Shown: positions 1 through 11,101, numbered from the stretch's first letter. The stretch: DNA of 18,054 nt from Octopus sinensis (GCF_006345805.1 NW_021824603.1:1-18054), one strand, 5' to 3'. Made by a program: numbers and translations. Notes: generated from the sequence alone by a model not told the origin.

Positions 1-2633
1 AGTAAAATTCCTTACCTTAGGGACTTACGCACAAGCAACCATGCAATATGCATAGCGCTGACTGAAACGCACCTGTCAAGCAGTATAGCAGATGCAGAAT
101 ACACATACCAAAGTATACTGTTTTTCGGTCAGACAGGAAGGAAAGAACTCATGGTGGGGTTGCCCTGTACGTCCGTGAAAATGTCACACATAGCCACCCA
201 TACTGTTGACACACCAAACTCAATCTGTGACACACTGATAGTACACATGAAACAACCGAAAATAGTAATATGTGTCACATATCGGCCACCAGACACCCCT
301 AGTCATGAAGGAGTGTTTGAAGATAGCCTCAGAAGAATAGAAGAAGTCCTGCAAAACTGGACCAGGGTAACACCATTCTACTGCTTGGAGATTTTAACCT
401 TCCGAAAGTCAAATGGCCAGATGGCCATCTCCTCCCTGGATGACATCACTTGAACAGAGACAGACAGAGTCCTTGTTGGCTCTCACACGCAAGTTTTTCA
501 TGGAGCAAGCAGTGGCTTCGGCCAACAAGAGGTGAGAATGTCTTGGACCTCTGTTTCACAAGCAACCCGATGCTCATCCACAACATAATGGTAACACCAA
601 CAATTCTCTCAGATCACAACTTAGTAGAGGTAATGATATATGGTATGAGAGAGTTAGTTGAGACGCAGCCATTAGAAAATTCCACAGGCCTATCCAGTCT
701 GAACTTCCATAAGGCAAACTGGAAAAGATCAACGAAGAGATCCCGAAAAACATGACTAGATGGCTTCATCACCACACAAGACACCAACACACATTTTCCA
801 ACATTTCATGACAACATACCAGAAACATATGCCATAAGTTTTGTCCCGGAGAAAAAAGCCAGCGGGCATAGAAACGTTATTCCCAGAGACAGGAAATACT
901 TATGAGGCGAAGAAGCTAAGCTCTCCAAGCAACTGAATGCACGGCAGAGAAACAATGAGGGACTCACTGAAACTTTTTGAAACGGAAACTGCACTCAAAC
1001 TTCCTATAGAAGGAGAGGGCAGAGAGAGAAGCCAGGGCCATAGAGACTTTAAAACAAACCCTAAAGCCTTCTTTAAATTTGCGAAAGAAACCACCTTGGT
1101 ACACTGCAAGATTGGCCCACTCTTTGATAAAAAGGGCTCCTCTAACTGAGGACCCCCAAGGGATAAGTGAAATACTAAAGGAACTGTATAAAAAGTGTGT
1201 TCACATCCCCTCTGGGGCCATGCAAATCACAAACCCAGAAGTTTTCTTTGATGCCACAACACTCCAAACCAAACAACAACCATCGACCACATAGACATAA
1301 CAGAGAGGGATGTAATATCTGCCATAGAAGAATGAGAATAAACTCAGCTGCTGGACCAGATGGATTCCCAGCAGTCCTCCTAAGGTACATGCAGGCATGC
1401 CCTAGCGGGACCACTGAAGGACCTCTTCAGTGGTTCCTTGGCTAACGGTAAACTGCCCAGGGCGCTAAAAGAAGGCACCATATGCCCCATCCACAAATTA
1501 CTCAGACTCGGCATAACAGGAAAAGTAGGTGAGTGGATACATGACTTCCTGAAGGACAGAAGCCAGATGGTTGCAGCCAATGGAGCCCTCTCGGGAAAGA
1601 CACCAATAGCAAGCGGGGTGCCACAGGGCACAATCTTCGGACCCTTGCTGTTTTTGGTGGCGCTCTCTGACATGCCCTTGGTAGCACAAACAACATCCCT
1701 CACTAGCTATGCTGATGACACAAAGGTAGAACAAACAATCAAAAACCAGCTGATGCTGACCTTTTACAACAAGATCTGGATGCCATATACAAATGGGCTG
1801 AAGACAACAACATGCAATTAATGCTGGTAAATTTCAAGCCTTACAATATCAAGCGTAAACACATATACATTACAACACAACTATAATGGTCAGAGGGATC
1901 GAATCCCAGTATCGAAATCAATACGGGACCTGGGGATAGACATGAGTGACGATGCATCTTTTTCTTCACACATCGCGAAGGTGGCGACGACTCACTGGCT
2001 GGAGACGACTCACTGGCTGGATCCCGAGGACATTCCGGACAAGAGACTGCGAGACCATGTTGACACTATGGAGGACATTTGTCCTAAGCCGCCTGGACTA
2101 CTGCTCCCAACTGTGGTCACCGCATAGTGTCAAACTAACCACAGAGCTTGAGACAATCCAAAGAAATTTCACCAAGAGGATTTCCACCATGAAAGAAAAG
2201 AACTATTGGGAGAGGCTTAGGGAACTCAATTTGTGCTCCTTGGAACGAAGACGAGAGAGATATGCAGTGATATACATATGGAAAATCCTGGAGGGACTAG
2301 CACCAAATTTTGGAATTGAGAGCTGTTCCAATCCCCGTACAGGACGTCACTGTGTGGTGCCAAAGGTCCCGTCTTCCACATCCAGGGTAAGGAGCAGATA
2401 CTGTAATAGCCTGGGGTTCAGGGGACCTCAGCTGTTCAACAAACTGCCAAGAAAACTGAGAGATCTACATGATGCGGATGTGGACATTTTGAAAAACCAT
2501 CTAGACAAGCTGATTTCCGGGATCCCAGATGAACCCACTGCAAGGTACGAGGGTAACCTAAGGGCAGCAGCTACAAACTCTCTCTTAGATCAGTGGCCAG
2601 CCACAGCAAACTGGACTTAGAGAGGATAGCAAC
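1..2633 (+). mobile_element. Decayed LINE, subfamily A: ORF2 remnant (APE endonuclease + reverse transcriptase); 5' part runs off the window
   Basis: Frame 1 reads SKIPYLRDL..AICIALTETHL. Later pieces read TYRPPD, ENVLDLCFT..SDHN, AAGPDGFP, SGVPQGTIFGPLLF, SYADD (YADD at 1708-1719), [19 protein letters not shown] and IPDEPT..NSLL. Many frameshifts. Colinear with the copy at 7223-10547. Confidence 0.95.
1946..2620 (+). pseudogene. C-terminal (post-RT) part of LINE A ORF2
   Basis: 224-aa ORF clearly similar to the C-termini of LINE B and C; native-looking stop at 2618-2620. Confidence 0.9.
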
Positions 2634-2760
2634 AAGGTATTAAACCTCTTCTCTCTGGAGCGGAGGCGGGAGAGATATGCAGTGATATACATCTGGAAAA
2701 TCCTGGAGGGTCTTGTCCCAAACTTTGGCATTCAAAGTTACTCCAACCGCAGAACGGGGC
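2634..2760 (+). mobile_element. Internal fragment of LINE subfamily C
   Basis: aaggtattaaacctc...agaacggggc matches the reverse complement of ~5367-5492, with 3 substitutions and 1 indel by my alignment. Confidence 0.92.
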
Positions 2761-2855
2761 CAAAGTTCTTTCGTCACACTCCTGTGACCGCATCAGTGGT
2801 CCTTTGTTTTCTTCTCACTTACTTGTGTCTCTCCTTACTAACCGTCAGCCATTTT
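2758..2855 (+). repeat. Left arm of a ~98-bp near-perfect inverted repeat
   Basis: ggccaaagttc...cagccatttt is the reverse complement of 3319-3415 except for one 1-bp indel. Confidence 0.97.
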
Positions 2856-2904
2856 GTATATATGTATATATATATATATGTGTATATGTATATATATATG
2901 TATA
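2856..2904. repeat. (TA)n microsatellite with TG variants on +
   Basis: Seen directly. Confidence 0.95.
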
Positions 2905-3188
2905 TGTGATAGCCTGGGCTTCCCAGGCCCACAGCTCTTCAATATCCTCCCGAAGAACCTGAGAGACCTGCATGGGGTGGATACAGATGTCTTTAAAATG
3001 AAGCTGGATCTCATCCTGTCAGGTGTCCCAGATGAACCACTTCACGGCAGGAGGGGCAGATGAGGGCAGCTGCATCGAACTCTCTCATGCACCAAATAGC
3101 AGTTGCTAGAAAGCCTCCATGAAGTGAAACCAAGTGCACACCAAATGGCGGTGCCCCAGCATGGCCACAGCTCATAAGCTGAAACTAG

Positions 3189-3220
<32 letters not shown>
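2905..3220 (+). mobile_element. 5'-truncated LINE B 3' end (copy B1) with (AATC)8 tail
   Basis: Encodes [40 protein letters not shown]. 3' UTR matches 4600-4905 and 7223-7533. Tail at 3189-3220. Confidence 0.95.
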
Positions 3221-3222
<2 letters not shown>

Positions 3223-3315
3223 ATATATATGCATATATATATATGTATATATATATGTAATAATATATGGCATATTATATATGTATATATGTATATATAT
3301 ATATATGTATATATG
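3221..3315. repeat. (TA)n microsatellite with TG variants on +
   Basis: Seen directly. Confidence 0.95.
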
Positions 3316-3318
3316 AAT

Positions 3319-3415
3319 AAAATGGCTGACGTTAGTAAGGAGAGACACAAGTAAGTGAGAAGAAAACAAAGGACCACTGATGCGGTCACAGGAGTGTGAC
3401 GAAAGAACTTTGGCC
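3319..3415 (-). repeat. Right arm of the ~98-bp inverted repeat
   Basis: Reverse complement of 2758-2855. Confidence 0.97.
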
Positions 3416-3524
3416 GAAATAAGATTAGATTAATGTAAAAAATACATATCACTGAAGCAAAATAACACCAAATATATAGTGCGTGTGTTTTTATTGGCTA
3501 AACTGGGCAATATGACCATCCGAA

Positions 3525-4345
3525 ATATAACAATACATATATACATATATATATATGCATATATACATATATACCCTATTTATAATATATGCATATATAA
3601 TATATAACATATATATCATGCATATGTACATATATATATATATATGCAGATTATATATATACATATATATATATGCATATATACATAATACATATTATAT
3701 ATGCATATATTATATATCATATATATAATATATGCATATATACATATATACATATATATATATGCATATATATAATACAATATATATATACATATATATA
3801 ATATACATATAATATATGCATATATACAATATATACATATATATATATGCATATATTATATATACATATATATATATGCATATATATATATATACATATA
3901 TATATACCATATATATCTATACATATACATATTAATATATATTATACATATATACATATATATATGATATATCCATACATATACAATATATATATGCATA
4001 TATATATCTATTGATTACATATATACATATATATAATGCATATATATATATATCATATATATATACATATGCATATATATATATACATATATATATATGC
4101 ATATATATATATATACATATATTATATATGCTATATATATATATATATATATATATAATGCTTATACTATACACATATATAGATACATTATATAATATAC
4201 ATATCTATATATATATACATTATATATAATATACATATATATATATACATAATATATACATACATATATATATACATATATATATATACATATATATATA
4301 TATTATATATATATATATATATATCATATATATATATACTATATA

Positions 4346-4379
<34 letters not shown>

Positions 4380-4430
4380 CATATATAATACATATATATA
4401 TATACATATACATATATATATATACATACT

Positions 4431-4468
<38 letters not shown>

Positions 4469-4599
4469 CATTATATATATATATACATATACATATATAT
4501 ATACATACATATATATATATATACATACATATATATATATATATATACATACATATATACATATATATATACATACATTATATATATATATATATATAT
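3525..4599. repeat. ~1.1 kb imperfect (TA)n array with CA/TGCA variants
   Basis: Seen directly. Confidence 0.98.
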
Positions 4600-5009
4600 G
4601 ATTGATTGATTGATTGATTGATTCTAGTTTCAGCTTATGAGCTGTGGCCATGCTGGGGCACCGCCATTTGGTGTTGCTACTTGGTTTCAATCATGGAGGC
4701 TTTCTAGCAACTGCTTTGGTGCAGGAGAGAGTTCGATGCAGCTGCCCTCATCTGCCCCTCCTGCCGTGAATTTGGTTCATCTGGGACACCTGACAGAAGA
4801 GATCCAGCTTCATTTTAAAGACATCTGTATCCACACCATGCAGGTCTTTCAGGTTCTTCGGGAGGATATTGAAGAGCTGTGGGCCTCGGAAGCCCAGGCT
4901 ATCACAGAATCTTGTCCTACATCTTGATGGCAGGTTTGGAGTCCTAGGCACCACGCAGTGGCGCCCAGTTCTGGCATTTGCGTAACTCTCGATGCCAAAG
5001 TTCAGGACA
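4600..5009 (-). mobile_element. 5'-truncated LINE B 3' end (copy B2) with (AATC)6 tail
   Basis: (GATT)6 at 4600-4623. Aligns with 7223-7636 up to aggaca. Encodes [28 protein letters not shown]. Confidence 0.96.
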
Positions 5010-5928
5010 TCCTTAAATCCTTAAAAATGTTCTAGCCCGAAGGCCGCGGCCATGCTGCGGCACCACCGCTGAATGAGCTACACTAGTTTGTGAATCCACC
5101 TCTGATACGTGGCACTTGATCAACAAGGGAGTTCGATGCTGCTGCCCGCATCCGTGTCTCCTGTCGTGAGGTAGGTTCATCTGGGACTCCCAACAAGAAG
5201 AGATCCAGTTTAGTTTTAAAGAAACCCACATCCACACCATGTAAGTCTCTCAGGCATTTAGGGAGGATGTTAAGAGCTGTGGTCCTCTGAAACCAAGCTG
5301 TTGCAGTATCTGGACCTGTATTTTGATGGTGATGTTGGAATCCTTGGCACCACGCAGCGGCGCCCCGTTCTGCGGTTGGAGTAACTTTGAATGCAAAGTT
5401 TGGGACAAGACCCTCTAGGATTTTCCAGATGTATATAACTGCATATCTCTCCCGCCTCCGCTCCAGGGAGAAGAGGTTTAATACCTTCAGTCTTTCCCAG
5501 TAGCTGACATTTTGCATTGAGACGATTTTCTTTGTGTAGCTTCTCTGAGTTGCTTCGAGTTCTGCTGTTTGTTTTATATTGTGTGGTGACCAAAGTTGGG
5601 AGCAGTAGTCCAAGCGGCTGAGGACAAATGTTTTCCATAGGACCATCAGAGTCTCCTTCTCTCTTGTTCTGAAAGTTCGGAGAATCCATCCAGCTAGCCG
5701 TCTGCATTTTATCACCAGATTAGCAATATGAATTTGGAAAGATGCATCATTGCTCATGTCAATGCCCAGGTCACGCACTGAATTTGACTCAGGGATTGCA
5801 TTTCTTCCTGGGCCAGTGTATCCAGTCTTCACGTCATTTACCTTTGTGTGCCAGTAGCGCAGGGCCTGGAACTTACCTGCATTAAACTGCATGTTGTTGT
5901 CCTCAGCCCACCTGTATATTGTGTCCAA
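5010..5928 (-). mobile_element. 5'-truncated LINE C: ORF2 C-terminus, 3' UTR and short (TTTAAGGA)-type tail
   Basis: Reads [52 protein letters not shown] with one traced frameshift near 5395. Minus-strand end is ..ttttaaggatttaagga. Confidence 0.96.
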
Positions 5929-6077
5929 TATATACATACATATATATATACATACATATATATATATATATGCATATATATACATATATATATACATATA
6001 TATACATATATATATACATACATATATATATACATACATATATATATATACATATATATACATATATATATACATAC

Positions 6078-6108
<31 letters not shown>

Positions 6109-7000
6109 CATATATATACATATATATATACATACATATATATATATATACATACATATACATATATATATACATACATATATATATATATACATACATA
6201 TATATATACATATACATACATATATATACAGATATATACATACATATATATATACATACATATATTATAATACACATCACATATATATATATACATATAT
6301 ATATACACATACATATATATATACATATATATATACAATACATACTTATATATACATACTATATATATTACATTATATATTATATATATACATATATATA
6401 TACATTATATATATACACATATATATACATATATATACACATATATATATACATATATATATACATATATATATACATATATATATACATATATAGTATA
6501 CATATATATATACATATATATATATATATTATATATATGTATACATATATACATACATATATATGTATTCATATAATATTCACATATATATTACATTTAT
6601 ATACATATATATATATATATATATACACATATATATACATATATATACATATATATATACATATATATACATATATATATATATACATATATACATATAC
6701 ATATACATATATATGCATATATATATATACATATATACATATATATATATATACATATATACATATATATATATACATATATATATATACATATATATAT
6801 ATTATAATATTATACCTATATATAATATATACATATATAATATATATATATATATATATCATATATATATATACAATATATACATATATATATAATATAT
6901 ACATATATCATATATATATATATAATATAATATATATTATATACATATATATATATATACCATATAATATATATATATACATAGATATATATATACATAA

Positions 7001-7031
<31 letters not shown>

Positions 7032-7075
7032 CATATATACATATATATACATAACATATATATATATATATTACA

Positions 7076-7109
<34 letters not shown>

Positions 7110-7222
7110 CATATATACATATATAATATATACATACATATATATATATATACATATAATATATATATATACATACATATATACATATATATATATACAT
7201 ACATATATATATATATATATAT
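5929..7222. repeat. ~1.3 kb imperfect (TA)n array with CA variants
   Basis: Seen directly. Confidence 0.98.
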
Positions 7223-7314
7223 GATTGATTGATTGATTGATTGATTCTAGTTTCAGCTTATGAGCTGTGGCCATGCTGGGGCACCGCCATTTGGTGTTGC
7301 TACTTGGTTTCACT

Positions 7315-10240
7315 TCATGGAGGCTTTCTAGCAACTGCTATTTGGTGCATGAGAGAGTTCGATGCAGCTGCCCTCATCTGCCCCTCCTGCCGTGAAGTTG
7401 GTTCATCTGGGACACCTGACAGGAAGAGATCCAGCTTCATTTTAAAGACATCTGTATCCACCCCATGCAAGTCTCTCAGGTTCTTCGGGAGGGTATTGAA
7501 GAGCTGTGGGCCTCGGAAGCCCAGGCTATCACAGAATCTTGTCCTACATCTTGATGGCAGGTTTGGAGTCCTAGGCACCACGCAGTGGCGCCCAGTTCTG
7601 GCATTTGCGTAACTATCGATGCCAAAGTTCAGGACACTTCCCTCCAGGATCTTCCATTCTGCATAGGAGCTTACATTCTGCATAGAGGCTATCTTCTTTG
7701 TGTAGCTTCGTTGGATCGCCTCAAGCTCTGTGATCAACTTGACACTGGATGGTGACCATAGCTGAGAGCAATAGTCAAAGTGGCTTAGGACAAGTGTCTT
7801 CCAGAGGACCATCATGGTTTTTTGTTCTCTTGTTCTAAAGGTTCTAAGAATCCATCCAGGCAGCCGTCTACATTTCATTGTCAGTTTAGCAACATGTACA
7901 TGAAAGGTCGCGTCATCACTCATGTGAATACCCAGGTCACGCACTGATTGTGCCTCTGGGATTGCAATCCCTCCGGGTCAGTGTATTCATTGGGTATTGC
8001 ATTCAGTTTTGCATGCTGATAGTATAAAGCTTGAAACTTTCCAGCATTGAACTGCATGCTATTCTTTTCAGCCCACTTGTATATTTCGTCCAGCTCACAT
8101 TGCAGGTGTTTAGTGTCCTCAGGGTTCTGTATTGCCTGTGAAACTTTTGTATCATCTGCATAACTTGTGATCGTGGCTCTCTGCGTGGCTGAGGGCATGT
8201 CTGAGAGGGCCATTATGAACAGTAGTGGTCCCAAAACAGTGCCCTGCGGAAAACCGCTCACTATTTGTGTGTTAATGGAGGTGGCCCCATTGGCTACTAC
8301 CACCTGACTTCTATCCTTCAGAAAGTCATGAAGCCATTCTCCCAGTTTTCCAACTATGTTGAGATCACGCAGTTTGTGACATATCATTCCATGATCGACT
8401 TTATCAAAGGCCTTTGCAAAGTCGAGATATATCACTTCCACATTTGAGTGGTTGAGCAGCTGTTTCAGCACCCAGTCATAGTGTTGTAGGAGCTGAGTTA
8501 AACAGCTTCTCCCGGTCGGAAACCATGTTGGGTGTCGGGCAGCAAGTCATTCTTCAAGGAAGGTGATCAGCTTCCTTCTGACTATTCGTTCCATGACCTT
8601 GCTGATGTGTGAGGTCAGAGAGATAGGTCTATAGTTCTTGGCTTCCGCTCTGCTACCTCCTTTATGAATGGGGCATATTTTACCTTCCTTCAGTTTTCCT
8701 GGAAGTTTGCCAGCTGCAAGGAAGCTCTGAAAGAGGAACTGCAGTGGTCTTGCTAGGACTCTCTTACATGCTTTTAGGAGGATTGCCGGGAATCCATCGG
8801 GGCCAGTAGCTGAGTCTGTTTTCATTTCATCTATAGCCTTGGTTACATCGTCTTCCTTTATATCGATGTAATCTATCGTCGCCGCCTCTGATTTTATATC
8901 TGCAGTGTGTAAAAAGTCAGTTGGATTGGTGATTTGGAGATGCCCAAGGGGTGGAGTGAAAACACTCTTGAATTGCTCATTCAGTATTTCACTTACCCTC
9001 ATTGGTTTTCCTGTAAGTGTGCCATCCTTTCGAGGAGTGGCCCTATTCTACAGTGCACTGTAGCTGTTTCTTTGGCATACCTGTAGAAAGCTCTGGGGTT
9101 AGATTTTATGTTTTCTATAGCCCAGGCTTCTTTGTCTGCTCTTTCTTTTTCAAGGGAGAGTTGCAGACATTTTTCGATTTCCAACAGTTTTATTTTAGGC
9201 GGGACTTTTCACTGCTTTCAATCTGTTTGTTTAGGCGATTTGAAAATTTCGTACGCCGTCTCATTAAGATTTTCCTCTCTCTGGGGATTTTGTTCTTGTG
9301 TACAGTGGCCTTTCTCTCTGGGACACATTGTGTAGCATATGGCTTGCATTACGACATGAATTGTTGAAGTTTCACGTCGATGTCTGGCGAGGAGAGACAT
9401 TTAGGCCAGTTTTGTTTGAGGATCTCTTTCTCAATTTGTTTCCAGTTTGCCTTATGGTAGTTCAAGCTGGAAACGTTTTGGGGGTTTCTTGTAGGCTGCA
9501 TGTCCGTGCTCTCTTTTGGCCCGTACATGGTCAGCTCTATCATGTTGTGATCCGAGAGTAGTGTCGGTGTCACTTTCACATTATGGATGAGATCCATGTC
9601 ATTTGTGAAGCAGAGATCCAGTGTGTTACCTGCCCTGGTTGGTTGGAGTATTACCTGCTCCATGTACAGGGTGTTGATGAGGTTCAGGAGGGACCTCGCC
9701 TGTCCTCGTTCACATCTTGTCATTCCTGGGAGAGAAAGGCCCTCGGGCCATCTGACATTGGGCAGATTGAAGTCTCCCATAAGAAGCACACCTATGTGTT
9801 GTTCTAATGTGGTTAGAATTTCTTCTATTTTTATAAGGCAGTCTTCAAACTTGCCCACATGGCTTGGGGCATCTGGAGGGCGATATGTACACACACAACT
9901 ACATCAAGTTGCTTAATATGTACAATTAGTGTATCACACACCGAGTTTGAGTATGACAAGAGGACCTGGGGTGTGAGGTCCTCACGGATGTACATAGCAA
10001 ACCTCCATGACTCCTTTCTTTCCTGTCGGTCCGTAGTACAGCATACTGTGGTATGTGTAACTCCGCATCTGCTATGTCCGGTTTCAGGTGCGTTTCTGTA
10101 AGTGCTATGCATATGGCTTGATTGCATGCAACAAAGTCTCTCAGGAACGGGATCTTTGTCCTGTTACTGAGTGTTTGCAGTCCTCTGATGTTCAGTAGGA
10201 GTATCGAGGTGAGGTGTACGTTGTTGCCGGCGGTGTCCAT
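7315..10240 (-). pseudogene. LINE B ORF2 (APE endonuclease + RT), frameshifted as assembled
   Basis: ATG at 10240 (MDTAG..LLLNIRGL). Motifs ALTETHL, TYRPPD, MGDFNLP, GNTLDL, SDHN, GPDG, NYRPISLTS, QHGFR, YLDFAKAFDKVDH, PQGTVLGPLLF, YADD (8151-8162). Stop at 7315-7317. Confidence 0.95.
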
Positions 10241-10547
10241 CCTGTGTCTGTTTGCTGTGGTGGTCTGGTATATAGTGGGTAGTCCCACCTGCGGTCAGCT
10301 GCTGTAAAATCTTTTGTGCCATGCACAAAAAAGATTGTTGCTCAGCAGCTGCTCTTTCGACAACATCATGTTGGCTGTTTGTGGCGCGCACAACATCTGC
10401 GTACCTCCGCTTTGGGGCAGGTGGTGCGTGGTCCATCCCTTTTCTTTGTGTTGATGGTTTGTCCATCTGCCTCGTGTCTCTGTGGCAGGGTCCCCGATGT
10501 GCAAAGAGGCAGCCTGCACCTTCCTTTCCATGCCAGCAGGAACCTCT
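10164..10547 (-). pseudogene. C-terminal remnant of LINE B ORF1
   Basis: Open frame [17 protein letters not shown]...[10 protein letters not shown]...[14 protein letters not shown] upstream of and overlapping ORF2. The Cys/His and YADVV motifs resemble non-LTR ORF1 proteins from memory. Confidence 0.7.
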
Positions 10548-10601
10548 CTCTATCTATATATATATGTATATATATATATATAATATATATATATACATAT
10601 A

Positions 10602-10664
<63 letters not shown>

Positions 10665-10728
10665 ATACATATACATATATATTATATATACATATATATA
10701 TATATATTATATATATATATATAATATT

Positions 10729-10779
<51 letters not shown>

Positions 10780-10796
10780 ACATATATTATATGATA

Positions 10797-10880
<84 letters not shown>

Positions 10881-10969
10881 CATATATATATACATATATA
10901 TATACATATATATATACATATATATATACATACATATATCTATATATACATACATATATATATATATAA

Positions 10970-11011
<42 letters not shown>

Positions 11012-11101
11012 CATATATATACATATATATATAATATATATATACATATACATATATATATATATATATATATACACAATATACATATATATATATATAT
11101 A
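10548..11101. repeat. ~550 bp imperfect (TA)n array
   Basis: Seen directly. Confidence 0.98.

Larger units (their letters stand above)
7223..10547 (-). mobile_element. Near-full-length LINE B (copy B3): ORF1 C-terminus, ORF2, 3' UTR and (AATC)6 tail; (TA)n on both sides
   Basis: All APE and RT motifs in order, (GATT)6 at 7223-7246, 5' end abutting (TA)n at ~10548. Confidence 0.97.

Noticed and set aside
5083-6261. 392-aa ORF as a novel fusion protein
   Set aside because: The N-terminal ~110 aa are microsatellite; the rest is truncated LINE C ORF2 running out of frame after ~5395.
5919-7232. 437-aa Tyr/Ile/His/Thr ORF and similar ORFs across 3616-4690, 5838-7334 and 10316-11169
   Set aside because: These are translations of (TA)n, which lacks stop codons in all frames; they are not genes.
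7223-10547. Target-site duplications for the LINE copies
   Set aside because: The flanks are (TA)n, so any TSD cannot be distinguished from the array.
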